The position numbers and the translations under genes are program-made. A model generated the notes under the pieces. It was not told the origin of the DNA and did no database searches. It saw only the letters and a list, made by a program, of their open reading frames with translations. 64,000 nt of DNA from Anthoceros angustus (taxonomy: Eukaryota > Plantae > Anthocerotophyta), in NCBI GenBank assembly GCA_010909165.1, contig VJWM01000068.1, forward strand, positions 992,001-1,056,000, given 5' to 3'. Of the stretch, positions 23,160-36,362 are shown one piece after another. The first letter of the stretch is position 1; every line of letters starts with the position of its first letter.

Positions 23160-23568
23160 AAAAAATTCTATCTGATTATACCTGCGTGCCGGCCGGGCCG
23201 GAATTGCGCAGGCGCGGGAACAGGACCGAGGGGGAGGGGCGCAAGAGCCCGAGAGCCAGGCCTTGCGAAGAAGTAACCCCGCCGGCCAGCCCGACTGCCG
23301 GTCGCTTCCGGTCGACTTCCGGTCATTTCAGCCACTCTCCCGCCAATCTGAAATCAGTCTACTCCACGCAAGTTCCGGCTTCGCAATGGCTGCTTACATG
23401 GAGCCCTAAAATAAGCAGGCCGCCCTTAATTTATCGATATTTTTAGCCGCAGCCCATGGGAACGTTTGTTCAGATTTGTTGTCGCCGAGCTGGTCCCGCG
23501 CTCTGTTGCCCACTATTCTCGCCAGCATTCAGATACAAACTCTGATCAGCTCTTCAAAGCAAATTTTC
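23160..23568. other. Orphan ~400-bp promoter/5'UTR-like block not matching anything else in the window
   Basis: GC-rich left part with (t/g)ccggtc x3 and a minus-strand GCAG|GTATAA donor-like site. It sits where THOC5 upstream exons should be. Confidence 0.65.
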
Positions 23569-23665
23569 AAATCCTAGTCATGAAGACCAGATTCCAGCAT
23601 AAGAAACTCTTTAGAATAGAGACTGCTGCACACCTATAGTTACATAATGCTACTATTGTACACGT

Positions 23666-25661
23666 CTAAGTTCGAGCTAGCTTCTTCTCATTATACTCAT
23701 CAAGAAGCTTGCACAACAGGGCAAGCTGAACTGCCAAGACGTTGTTGCCGCATTCCGCACCAGGGCTGTTCACCTGTACCCGCAGAGGACACAGAATTCA
23801 GGACTTCGGGCTGCAACGGTGTGAAAGTGGACTAGGTGTGCAGAGATAAGAGATTATACTACCTTAGCCTCCATATCTCGTAGCTCGTCCACTGGATGAG
23901 GATTTGTTGTAGACTCAGTGGATACCCAGTCCAAATGGAAGACAGGGATCTGGGAGGGATATTGCACGGAGATTTTCACCTGATGGCAAATCATGCAGTG
24001 AGCAGAGCATTGCTGTTTCATTTGGATACACGTGAACACAGCTTGGAAGATGGATGGCACGGCATGATTACCTGTAGTTCTAGCTGGAGGTGTCTGCCCC
24101 CACTTTGACCTTCTCTCCTCAGTACAGCTCGGAATTCTCGCTCTCCAATTTTGTCCCAAGTTCCTTTGTTTTTAGCAGGCTCTTTGGATTTTGCTGCTTC
24201 CTTCCGGAGTGCAGAAGGCATCTTACCATCCTTCACTGATTCTTGTCGTCCAAGAGAAGCTTCTTGATTTCCCCCATCTAACGGATCTACTGTGGTCGAC
24301 CCTTGCTTGCTTGTCCCGGATCTGCGGCTCGAATTGCGCCCACTTTCTGACATTTCTACATCCACCTGTTTGGGTTGTGCTCTGTCCTTTGTAGGAGATG
24401 CTTTCAAAGCATAAGCCTCTTTGGTGCTGTAGGCCTCTGATGGTCCATTCACCCCTTGTGCAGATGATGGAAGCTCCCCATCTTCCCTCCCACCTTCTAG
24501 GTCCCCAGCATCCCCTCTAAGATCCAAGGGCTGTACCTCAGACCAGCTCCGCAACCCACATTTTGACTTGTGCTGAGCCCAAGGAGCTTCACTGGCTTTG
24601 ACAGGAGGGAGTTTCAACTTGAACAAACAATCCAGCTGCTCCCTGCATAGCCAGGCATGTCAAGGTGGTTATTTATGGGGGTGTGCCTGCCAGATAAGCA
24701 GTACAGAAGTACTTTTAGCACAGCTTGGTAACCACAATGTCCGAGACAATTACTTCAGAGCATGGAGAGCTTTTCGACGCTGCAGAACAGCTTGCAGAAA
24801 GGTCTGGATTCGGTGCTGCTCTCGGTATACAGCCAGTCCATCACCCACCGCTGCACATCTCAGATCTGAGGATCTGGGTGTCTGCAAAGAAGCCTCAGCA
24901 AGAAAGTCCATGCCAGCCACCAGTTGTGCCCACTTGTACGGTCGCAGAGAGCGTTTTTTATCTAACAGAAGATTGCCTCCAATTTGTGTAGCAGCAGACT
25001 ACATTCCATGACACGACCAGACTATTAGAGACGTAATGTATGCCAAAGAGGAAGTTGACAGAAATTAAATCCTGAACTGCGCACACCTGATTAGGTAAAT
25101 CCAGACCTTGATCATCTGGAAAGAGGTTGACAAGCCAGTTACTCTGATCACCTCCTTGTGAGATATCAAGTCCTGCATAGACAACGTTGACCTTTGGCAG
25201 AAACTCAAAGCGTAAAGTCAAAGTTTTGTTCTGCTTCTCATTCCACAGCTTCTGGTCTTGGCCAATGTGTAGCAGTACGGCCAAAGGATGAGCATTGTAG
25301 ATTCCTTCACCATCTGCATTCCCTTTCTCGTGGGCCCTTTTGCCCTCTTCCTACGTCTCTGAGAGTCATCCTCCTCCTCGACATCTTCACCTGCAAACCA
25401 CTTGTTACCCAGAATCCTCTCCACCCATCAAACCCGTTTTGAAGTGCAGCATCACTCTAAGACACATGAGGAACAATGGAGCAGAGTCAGACAACAGACC
25501 TGACGCAGGTCAAGAAACTTGACAGAAGCCTCTGTTATGAGCTCCCGCAGCTCCCGACCCCTCTGCTTGTTCCGCTTCAAGGTCAGCATTTCGGAGAGGG
25601 TCGCTTCGATTGAGCCCTTGATCTCGTGCAGGACCTCATACCGGGTGGTCGCTTTTCCCAT
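23666..25661 (-). pseudogene. THOC5: THOC5 duplicate with ATG/exon 1 but an internal deletion at ~25390
   Basis: Exon 1 MGKATTRYEVLHEIKGSIE...FLDLRQ and intron 1 are joined directly to GEDVEEEDDSQRRRKR. The sequence present at 22680-23152 is absent here. Confidence 0.85.
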
Positions 25662-26469
25662 GCTGACCAACAGCCTCTATCACCGAATTGATTCAACCAC
25701 CCATGGAGAATTTTGCGGCTCACAGCCTCCACCTGAACCTGCTCAGGTTCAACACCTCCTTCAAGCGTGCGATTCCTACCGGAGACGACCCAATGGGGGT
25801 CAGACAAACAACAGATCCCATCTGACGTCTAACAAGGAGAAATAACGAGCGTGATCCGTTAAGACAATTGGCACGCGAGACCTGTGCGGTGCCAGGCAAA
25901 ACCTAACTCTGACACGCGAGGAACTGCCATTGTGATGAGCCTCTGTTCACATTCCAGGGCTTAAGACGATGTTGCTTGCGACTCGCTGACTTCATTGATC
26001 GACAGGGCATCTGAAGACTTCGCTGTCTCTGTCTGGAATCAAAAAACCTTCTTGTACAGGCCTTTCAATGGTTGGTTGAGGACAGACGGAGCTCCATACA
26101 GATTTCTGGATGCGAGATTGTGACTTCCTGTGTGCAAGAAGCAGTTGGGCAACTACTGCTTGGCGTTGCACTCTAGTGACGATACAGATCAAGGTCTTGC
26201 ATCACCCTGGGAATAATTTTCTTGAGAGACCAGAGTGCGTGACAGCAACGCATGCAATAAGGCCTCCCCGTTTGTGACGTTGAAGCAACAAGCTCAGCAG
26301 CTAATCTGACATTGCACTGCAGTGTGCTTCATCAACGGACCGGACGTTGTTTGTGACTAGCCACGATGCTGACATTCCCAAGCAACAAGCAATGCATCAT
26401 GAACAGGCCAATCAGACCTGGAATTTATTCCAATTTTGAGGTTAGTAAGCATCTGCTTCAAGTTTATCG

Positions 26470-27239
26470 TCAGCCGGAGCCCAAGCCAGGCAGACGTGTC
26501 AACCCTCCCCGTACTGCAGCACATTGAGAAGGAGTATCAGGAGCAGTTGCTGGACTTGAAGGTGCGCCAAAACAAGTACAACCAGCACGTGGAGGCAATT
26601 AGGCAGCATGTGTCTCCTACAAGGGAGAGCAGGCTTCAACAGCAGTAAGCTTTCTGGAAGCCAGGGAGAGGGATTCATCTTCCGGTACTGCAGAGAGAAT
26701 CTCGTCTGAAAGTCTTGAATGCCATCCTTTTGATAGAGCCGCTACGAGGGCATCCATGGAAGAGCAGCTTCAGATGAAGGAAAAGATGAAGGAAGCGGAA
26801 AAGCTTGAGGAACACAAACTGTTCTGTTACAACGAGTACCTAAGACGGTACTTTGACACACCCAGGCTGCTTGATGGGCTCAATATACTCCAGCTTTGTA
26901 TGACTCCCTGGCGGTCATGCAGATTTCATGGTCCCCACTGCGTTGAAGGGCATCTTGCCAGGGAGAGAGAAAGGAGAGCGTACTTGAGGGAATTGATGAA
27001 GGACAATATTGAGGTTGTGCCCTGGTGTTTTGGTTCCAGATAGTCTAAATTCTAACTGGCACTAGCTGCTCACAACCTGCAACCTCCCACCCTTCAACAT
27101 GAAGTCTGAATTGCTCCTTTCTCCACAGATGGCAAAGCTACGGAAGGAGCTGGAGAGAAGAGATAGGCAACGGCAACTAGAGATGGACGAAATTCGGGCT
27201 CATACGACTTGCACTTGGAACCGAAGACACTACATTTGA
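26470..27239 (+). CDS. Charged coiled-coil protein, C-terminal exons (5' end not resolved); partial echo at 29113-29843
   Basis: Exons LQHIEKEYQEQLLDLKVRQNKY..., EEQLQMKEKMKEAEKLEEHKL, LARERERRAYLRELMKDNIE and MAKLRKELERRDRQRQLEMDEIR...WNRRHYI*, separated by GT-AG introns (e.g. GTAAGC at ~26645). Confidence 0.55.
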
Positions 27240-30200
27240 AGTGTTGTCCTGCTTGAACAAGCTTCAATTGGCACGAGACGACGCTAAAGCCACGTAGGAA
27301 GCTTTCTTAGCGGCTGTTCGGTTCCTGTTGGAAACTTGCAGAAACAGAGTGGAAGCTGGATCACTGGTTACCTGAAACCGTTCACATGGCAAAACGGCCA
27401 ATGGGCCATGCACAGGCTACTTGGCCTCTCATTCCCCTCGAATCAGCCCACCACGATTTCTAACATGGGTTATACAGCGTGAAGTTTCACTGGATGTTGA
27501 TCTTCTTTCCTTGAAAAGCTGAGTGTCGTTTGTTTTGTCACTGGTTTTCTGGACACGTCTGTGAAAGGGAAACAACGACGGAATGGTTCAGTCACTATTT
27601 GAAACCGCCCGACAACCGACAGCATGTGAAGGTCGAGACTGACCAGATGAAACATGTAGCTGGATGGCGTTTCGTGCCTCCATAATCGCAGATTTCCAGT
27701 CGTCGTAACCAGCTTTGTGCTCGGCTTTCCTCGACCGTTTTAACCCTGGAACCTGAATGGGAAGAAGAACAGGACACACTGAGTTTCACGTCTGGTATAG
27801 AAGGTAGCAGCACGGCATTAAAAATGAAGTACCTGCAAGCCATCGTCCAAGTCAAGAGGCTCCTCGTTTTCATCACTAGAATCCTCCAGCTCATCCTGTT
27901 TTCTTTTGCTAGGAAGGGCGTCTAGAAGGTCTATGCATCAGAAACATGGAGTAAGCATCAGGAATTAATCAGCAAGAAGGTAGTGGGCAGGACGCAAGAG
28001 CAACTAAGAAAGCTACCTCGTTGTCCCCTGATCTTCGCAGGATCTTTTTTCTCCTTTTCAATGCCCAGAATGTCAAAGCACAAGTCGAGCATTGATGTTG
28101 CTACCTGCGCGAAACAAAACATCATCTCGCTGGCAAAGTCAAGGAGGCAAGGGTGCTTTCCTATGTTAAGGGAAAGCTTACGTTTCCGAACTCGGATTCG
28201 GATGTGCCACAGATGTCCAGAAGCTTCATCTTGTCCACTTTCAACTGCTCATAGGACAAGCAACACACGACGTGAGCAATTCAGCAACAACTCTTACCAA
28301 TTCACGAGGCAAACAGGAGACCCTGCTACCATTACCGGATCTAGACACTAGGATGAAAGTACCTTGTTCTTCTTTGCACAGAGGAAGAAAGCAACCGAAG
28401 TGAACACAGGACGCCCAAAATCTGCACTTGCTCTTCTACCCGCAGGCAAAGCCGCCAAGAATCTGGTCTTATACCTACAACAAACAACACAGGGAGATGC
28501 CATTCAGCATCTGTTGAGCTGGTATCTACAGAACTATGACCTTAAATAACAAAGGAGCAACTTACAGTGTCAAAGCTTTATGTACAGCATCAACTAGCCT
28601 AACGCACCCAAACTGCACTGCTAACTCTCGCACGTCAACTTTGTTCCTGCACAGAATGCACATCGTTGGAAAGGACACACAACATGATTAGGACGGGTCA
28701 CAAAACCAGAGCCTGGACCTCTTCTCTGCAATGCTAAGACGAAAACACTACCTTATCCCCAACGCATTCTGCAACGCATTCATACACCTGACATAAGCTT
28801 TGTCAGACATCCCACTCACACGAGTCGCCTTCGATCTGTTAAATGGGACCTGCAATCTGCAACCACAATGCATAAGCTCCAAGGGCTACACCACAGCAAG
28901 GCAACCGATAGACCCGCATTGCTACCGTGAAACCAACCTCAGGCGGGACAAGGGAGCTTACTCAGTGCAAGCAAGTTCGAGGCACAGAACCGACTTGCAC
29001 ACTTCCCCTGCACAACAACAGCGGAAGCACAACCCATGAGACAAAGTGAGCAAAATTGAGGTGAAACACGAAAATCCGAGAGCCAGCCGCAGCCGCAGCC
29101 ACAGCCCGCCATCCCTCCCGTACTGCAGCACATTGAGAAGGAGTATCAGGAGCAGTTGCTGGACTTGAAGGTGCGCCAAAACAAGTACAACCAGCACGTG
29201 GAGGCAATTAGGCAGCATGTGTCTCCTACAAGGGAGAGCAGGCTTCAACAGCAGTAAGCTTTCTGGAAGCCAGGGAGAGGGATTCATCTTCCGGTACTGC
29301 AGAGAATCTCGTCTGAAAGTCTTGAATGCCATCCTTTGATAGAGCCGCTACGAGGGCATCCATGGAAGAGCAGCTTCAGATGAAGGAAAAGATGAAGGAA
29401 GCGGAAAAGCTTGAGGAACACAAACTGTTCTGTTACAACGAGTACCTAAGACGGTACTTTGACACACCCAGGCTGCTTGATGGGCTCAATATACTCCAGC
29501 TTTGTATGACTCCTGGCGGTCATGCAGATTTCATGGTCCCCACTGCGTTGAAGGGCATCTTGCCAGGAGAGAGAAAGGAGAGCGTACTTGAGGGAATTGA
29601 TGAAGGACAATATTGAGGTTGTGCCCTGGTGTTTTGGTTCCAGATAGTCTAAATTCTAACTGGCACTAGCTGCTCACAACCTGCAACCTCCCACCCTTCA
29701 ACATGAAGTCTGAATTGCTCCTTTCTCCACAGATGGCAAAGCTACGGAAGGAGCTGGAGAGAAGAGATAGGCAACGGCAACTAGAGATGGACGAAATTCG
29801 GGCTCATACGACTTGCACTTGGAACCGAAGACACTACATTTGAAGTGTTGTCCTGCTTGAACAAGCTTCAATTGGCACGAGACGACGCTAAAGCCACGTA
29901 GGAAGCTTTCTTAGCGGCTGTTCGGTTCCTGTTGGAAACTTGCAGAAACAGAGTGGAAGCTGGATCACTGGTTACCTGAAACCGTTCACATGGCAAAACG
30001 GCCAATGGGCCATGCACAGGCTACTTGGCCTCTCATTCCTCGAATCAGCCCACCACGATTTCTAACATGGGTTATACAGCGTGAAGTTTCACTGGATGTT
30101 GATCTTCTTTCCTTGAAAAGCTGAGTGTCGTTTGTTTTGTCACTGGTTTTCTGGACACGTCTGTGAAAGGAAACAACGACGGAATGGTTCAGTCACTATT

Positions 30201-31711
30201 TGAAACCGCCCGACAACCGACAGCATGTGAAGGTCGAGACTGACCAGATGAAACATGTAGCTGGATGGCGTTTCGTGCCTCCATAATCGCAGATTTCCAG
30301 TCGTCGTAACCAGCTTTGTGCTCGGCTTTCCTCGACCGTTTTAACCCTGGAACCTGAATGGGAAGAAGAACAGGACACACTGAGTTTCACGTCTGGTATA
30401 GAAGGTAGCAGCACGGCATTAAAATGAAGTACCTGCAAGCCATCGTCCAAGTCAAGAGGCTCCTCGTTTTCATCACTAGAATCCTCCAGCTCATCCTGTT
30501 TTCTTTGCTAGGAAGGGCGTCTAGAAGGTCTATGCATCAGAAACATGGAGTAAGCATCAGGAATTAATCAGCAAGAAGGTAGTGGGCAGGACGCAAGAGC
30601 AACTAAGAAAGCTACCTCGTTGTCCCCTGATCTTCGCAGGATCTTTTTCTCCTTTTCAATGCCCAGAATGTCAAAGCACAAGTCGAGCATTGATGTTGCT
30701 ACCTGCGCGAAACAAAACATCATCTCGCTGGCAAAGTCAAGGAGGCAAGGGTGCTTTCCTATGTTAAGGAAAGCTTACGTTTCGAACTCGGATTCGGATG
30801 TGCCACAGATGTCCAGAAGCTTCATCTTGTCCACTTTCAACTGCTCATAGGACAAGCAACACGACGTGAGCAATTCAGCAACAACTCTTACCAATTCACG
30901 AGGCAAACAGGAGACCCTGCTACCATTACCGGATCTAGACACTAGGATGAAAGTACCTTGTTCTTCTTTGCACAGAGGAAGAAAGCAACCGAAGTGAACA
31001 CAGGACGCCCAAAATCTGCACTTGCTCTTCTACCCGCAGGCAAAGCCGCCAAGAATCTGGTCTTATACCTACAACAAACAACACAGGGAGATGCCATTCA
31101 GCATCTGTTGAGCTGGTATCTACAGAACTATGACCTTAAATAACAAAGGAGCAACTTACAGTGTCAAAGCTTTATGTACAGCATCAACTAGCCTAACGCA
31201 CCCAAACTGCACTGCTAACTCTCGCACGTCAACTTTGTTCCTGCACAGAATGCACATCGTTGGAAAGGACACACAACATGATTAGGACGGGTCACAAAAC
31301 CAGAGCCTGGACCTCTTCTCTGCAATGCTAAGACGAAAACACTACCTTATCCCCAACGCATTCTGCAACGCATTCATACACCTGACATAAGCTTTGTCAG
31401 ACATCCCACTCACACGAGTCGCCTTCGATCTGTTAAATGGGACCTGCAATCTGCAACCACAATGCATAAGCTCCAAGGGCTACACCACAGCAAGGCAACC
31501 GATAGACCCGCATTGCTACCGTGAAACCAACCTCAGGCGGGACAAGGGAGCTTACTCAGTGCAAGCAAGTTCGAGGCACAGAACCGACTTGCACACTTCC
31601 CCTGCACAACAACAGCGGAAGCACAACCCATGAGACAAAGTGAGCAAAATTGAGGTGAAACACGAAAATCCGAGAGCCAGCCGCAGCCGCAGCCACAGCC
31701 CGCCATCCCTC
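26503..31711 (+). repeat. Direct tandem duplication, junction 29117, period ~2610, microhomology CCCTC
   Basis: gccatCCCTC|ccgtactgc. Confidence 0.95.
27470..29117 (-). pseudogene. ORC6: ORC6 duplicate lacking exon 1
   Basis: Matches 30072-31711. Cut inside intron 1 at junction 29117. Confidence 0.85.
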
Positions 31712-31877
31712 ATCCTTGCCCACTGAAAGGACACCCATCATCTTAGCAACATCACCCACCACTCCAAAACTGGCGGAGCTGAAATGCACGTTGCTGAGCC
31801 GCTGCAATTCTTGCGCCTTTTGGTCACCTGAGCCCCACCTTCATGCCCAGCTTCTCTTGCAGCGCTTTTATGTCCAT
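30072..31877 (-). CDS. ORC6: Origin recognition complex subunit 6, multi-exon, complete copy
   Basis: MDIKALQEKLGMKVGAQVTKKAQELQRLSNVHF; GEVCKSVLCLELAC; RFLAALPAGRRASADFGRPVFTSVAFFLCAKKNK; VDKMKLLDICGTSESEF; KAGYDDWKSAI; TKQTTLSFS. These match plant ORC6 motifs as I know them. Confidence 0.92.
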
Positions 31878-32414
31878 TTCCGCAACCCGACCGCCGTCCC
31901 TTCTTTGGCGTCACAGCTACCCCGGCAGCGCAAGACCCTTCAGTGCAGATACCAGGAGGTGCCCATCGCCCTGCTCGAGCCCCTGCCTCCACGTGAACAG
32001 GCAATCGTGGGCGCCCAGATCCGAGCACCAACGCAGGCGTCACCTGGCCTCAATGCGTGACAAAACACGCCGAGATGGATGTCGAGAGTAAGTCAGGAGA
32101 CCGCAGCACGACGGGAGCTGACTGGAATGCTCCAGGCTGGTGAGGTGAAGAAAGGCGTGGACAGAGAAGGAGGGCGGGAGAAGAGCACAGCGCGGGAACG
32201 CAACCTCTCCAATTTTGTCCTTACCAACTAACTGCAAACGTTGTAAGCTTTCTTAGCGGCTGTTCGGTTCCTGTTGGAAACTTGCAGAAACAGAGTGGAA
32301 GCTGGATCACTGGTTACCTGAAACCGTTCACATGGCAAAACGGCCAATGGGCCATGCACAGGCTACTTGGCCTCTCATTCCCTCGAATCAGCCCACCACG
32401 ATTTCTAACATGGG

Positions 32415-34222
32415 TTATACAGCGTGAAGTTTCACTGGATGTTGATCTTCTTTCCTTGAAAAGCTGAGTGTCGTTTGTTTTGTCACTGGTTTTCTGGACA
32501 CGTCTGTGAAAGGAAACAACGACGGAATGGTTCAGTCACTATTTGAAACCGCCCGACAACCGACAGCATGTGAAGGTCGAGACTGACCAGATGAAACATG
32601 TAGCTGGATGGCGTTTCGTGCCTCCATAATCGCAGATTTCCAGTCGTCGTAACCAGCTTTGTGCTCGGCTTTCCTCGACCGTTTTAACCCTGGAACCTGA
32701 ATGGGAAGAAGAACAGGACACACTGAGTTTCACGTCTGGTATAGAAGGTAGCAGCACGGCATTAAAATGAAGTACCTGCAAGCCATCGTCCAAGTCAAGA
32801 GGCTCCTCGTTTTCATCACTAGAATCCTCCAGCTCATCCTGTTTTCTTTGCTAGGAAGGGCGTCTAGAAGGTCTATGCATCAGAAACATGGAGTAAGCAT
32901 CAGGAATTAATCAGCAAGAAGGTAGTGGGCAGGACGCAAGAGCAACTAAGAAAGCTACCTCGTTGTCCCCTGATCTTCGCAGGATCTTTTTCTCCTTTTC
33001 AATGCCCAGAATGTCAAAGCACAAGTCGAGCATTGATGTTGCTACCTGCGCGAAACAAAACATCATCTCGCTGGCAAAGTCAAGGAGGCAAGGGTGCTTT
33101 CCTATGTTAAGGAAAGCTTACGTTTCGAACTCGGATTCGGATGTGCCACAGATGTCCAGAAGCTTCATCTTGTCCACTTTCAACTGCTCATAGGACAAGC
33201 AACACGACGTGAGCAATTCAGCAACAACTCTTACCAATTCACGAGGCAAACAGGAGACCCTGCTACCATTACCGGATCTAGACACTAGGATGAAAGTACC
33301 TTGTTCTTCTTTGCACAGAGGAAGAAAGCAACCGAAGTGAACACAGGACGCCCAAAATCTGCACTTGCTCTTCTACCCGCAGGCAAAGCCGCCAAGAATC
33401 TGGTCTTATACCTACAACAAACAACACAGGGAGATGCCATTCAGCATCTGTTGAGCTGGTATCTACAGAACTATGACCTTAAATAACAAAGGGAGCAACT
33501 TACAGTGTCAAAGCTTTATGTACAGCATCAACTAGCCTAACGCACCCAAACTGCACTGCTAACTCTCGCACGTCAACTTTGTTCCTGCACAGAATGCACA
33601 TCGTTGGAAAGGACACACAACATGATTAGGACGGGTCACAAAACCAGAGCCTGGACCTCTTCTCTGCAATGCTAAGACGAAAACACTACCTTATCCCCAA
33701 CGCATTCTGCAACGCATTCATACACCTGACATAAGCTTTGTCAGACATCCCACTCACACGAGTCGCCTTCGATCTGTTAAATGGGACCTGCAATCTGCAA
33801 CCACAATGCATAAGCTCCAAGGGCTACACCACAGCAAGGCAACCGATAGACCCGCATTGCTACCGTGAAACCAACCTCAGGCGGGACAAGGGAGCTTACT
33901 CAGTGCAAGCAAGTTCGAGGCACAGAACCGACTTGCACACTTCCCCTGCACAACAACAGCGGAAGCACAACCCATGAGACAAAGTGAGCAAAATTGAGGT
34001 GAAACACGAAAATCCGAGAGCCAGCCGCAGCCGCAGCCACAGCCCGCCATCCCTCATCCTTGCCCACTGAAAGGACACCCATCATCTTAGCAACATCACC
34101 CACCACTCCAAAACTGGCGGAGCTGAAATGCACGTTGCTGAGCCGCTGCAATTCTTGCGCCTTTTTGGTCACCTGAGCCCCACCTTCATGCCCAGCTTCT
34201 CTTGCAGCGCTTTTATGTCCAT
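32415..34222 (-). CDS. ORC6: ORC6, second complete copy (duplicate or echo)
   Basis: Near-identical to 30072-31877. Confidence 0.88.
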
Positions 34223-34519
34223 TTCCGCAACCCGACCCGCCGTCCCTTCTTTGGCGTCACAGCTACCCCGGCAGCGCAAGACCCCTTCAGTGCAGATACC
34301 AGGAGGTGCCCATCGCCCTGCTCGAGCCCCTGCCTCCACGTGAACAGGCAATCGTGGGCGCCCAGATCCGAGCACCAACGCAGGCGTCACCTGGCCTCAA
34401 TGCGTGACAAAACACGCCGAGATGGATGTCGAGAGTAAGTCAGGAGACCGCAGCACGACGGGAGCTGACTGGAATGCTCCAGGCTGGTGAGGTGAAGAAA
34501 GGCGTGGACAGAGAAGGAG

Positions 34520-34546
34520 GGCGGGAGAAGAGCACAGCGCGGGAAC
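34520..34546 (-). promoter_or_regulatory. Two E2F-like elements ~300 bp upstream of the ORC6 ATG
   Basis: Minus-strand TCTCCCGCC (34520-34528) and GTTCCCGC (34539-34546), each one mismatch from WTTSSCSS. ORC genes are known E2F targets. Confidence 0.35.
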
Positions 34547-35345
34547 GCAACCTCTCCAATTTTGTCCTTACCAACTAACTGCAAACGTTGTATTTCACGT
34601 GCCGGCGGCAACGACTCGAGACGCTCGTGAGTCGGGAATCGGGGCTGGGCATCCTTCCCAGTGTATGTAAATATGTGACGTAACCTCACAGCATCCAAAG
34701 CTCTCTCTCCATGTCCATTGGGGACAGTCAGTGGCATCCGACGTGGTCCAGTGGGACAGGTACATCGGATGTATAAAAAAGTGTGTGGGTTTTTTTTGTT
34801 TGGGGCTAGGTGGTGTCTCGGCTTGGGCATAGCCCCTAATCACCACCCTCAGGACATCACGAAGCTGGCAGCCTTCGTGGCGTCGCAGCTCATCTTCACG
34901 ACGACCTATGCGAAGGAGACGAGTCTTGGAGGGGCTCAATCCTCGTCAGGACGCCTACTCGAGCCTCAACCCCTTCACACAAGAGATCAGGAAGACGCAC
35001 CAATCTGGGCCAGCGTCAACCGAGCTCGAACCCCGGTCTCGGGGTTGCGAGTGATGCATGCTGACCGGGATACCATGTCCCGTGGGACAAACAAAACCAG
35101 TCGCCTAATTTATTTATAAGAGGAGCCCGTTTAGGAGTATTCAGAATTTGAGACGGACTTAATATTTAAATATATTCTATCTGGAATATATTCATGCTGG
35201 CTTGTTCAGACGTGTGGCTTTGGACTCCACCTAGTTTCCCCCCTATAACTGCCCTGAATGCTTCACTGGCCAGCGGAAAACGACTCGAGACGTCCGTGAT
35301 GCGCGGTGGGAGGTTTCTCTTTCCCCGCCTAACCAAAAGTTCAGC

Positions 35346-35666
35346 ATGGCTGACACAGAATCTGGGCCTGCTGCTCCAACCAATGCCTGGCGAGAACCAG
35401 CGGCTTCTGGCACGCGTGATCGCTTTGCGGAGCCCGTAGCATCAGTAGTGGCAATGTGCTGTGTGGCGGCAATAGCAAGTGCAACGACGATGGCATTCTA
35501 CATCGAGTCTGAGGAGACGGAGTTTGATTTTGCAAGGCGGGTGGTAGAGCATGTACAGTGCATAATCTCAGACTTCGGCATCCGAAATGGAAGTTATGAT
35601 CCCTGTTGCATGGTCTCGCAGAACGGGGTTCCTGAGTGGGAGGACTGGATCACACGCAACCAGTGA
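35346..35666 (+). CDS. 106-aa intronless ORF (echoes at 37478-37798, 40370-40690 and frameshifted at 43422-43745)
   Basis: MADTESGPAAP...VVAMCCVAAIASATTMAFY...YDPCCMVSQNGVPEWEDWITRNQ*. Good ATG context; no family recognised. Confidence 0.4.
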   Translation: MADTESGPAAPTNAWREPAASGTRDRFAEPVASVVAMCCVAAIASATTMAFYIESEETEFDFARRVVEHVQCIISDFGIRNGSYDPCCMVSQNGVPEWEDWITRNQ

Positions 35667-35687
35667 GAGCGGATCGGAGGCCTCCGG

Positions 35688-36362
35688 AACTGCACTGCTA
35701 ACTCTCGCACGTCAACTTTGTTCCTGCACAGAATGCACATCGTTGGAAAGGACACACAACATGATTAGGACGGGTCACAAAACCAGAGCCTGGACCTCTT
35801 CTCTGCAATGCTAAGACGAAAACACTACCTTATCCCCAACGCATTCTGCAACGCATTCATACACCTGACATAAGCTTTGTCAGACATCCCACTCACACGA
35901 GTCGCCTTCGATCTGTTAAATGGGACCTGCAATCTGCAACCACAATGCATAAGCTCCAAGGGCTACACCACAGCAAGGCAACCGATAGACCCGCATTGCT
36001 ACCGTGAAACCAACCTCAGGCGGGACAAGGGAGCTTACTCAGTGCAAGCAAGTTCGAGGCACAGAACCGACTTGCACACTTCCCCTGCACAACAACAGCG
36101 GAAGCACAACCCATGAGACAAAGTGAGCAAAATTGAGGTGAAACACGAAAATCCGAGAGCCAGCCGCAGCCGCAGCCACAGCCCGCCATCCCTCATCCTT
36201 GCCCACTGAAAGGACACCCATCATCTTAGCAACATCACCCACCACTCCAAAACTGGCGGAGCTGAAATGCACGTTGCTGAGCCGCTGCAATTCTTGCGCC
36301 TTTTTGGTCACCTGAGCCCCCACCTTCATGCCCAGCTTCTCTTGCAGCGCTTTTATGTCCAT
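35688..36362 (-). pseudogene. ORC6: 5' fragment of ORC6 (duplicate); a shorter one lies at 38996-39256
   Basis: Matches 33549-34222. Confidence 0.8.

Larger units (their letters stand above)
20859..25392 (+). repeat. Direct duplication, junction 23568, period ~2710; second copy carries an internal deletion
   Basis: ttttc|aaatcctagtcatgaag matches 20859 onward. Confidence 0.93.
29903..34592 (+). repeat. Direct tandem duplication, junction 32245, period ~2342, microhomology A
   Basis: cgttgtA|agctttcttag. Confidence 0.95.
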
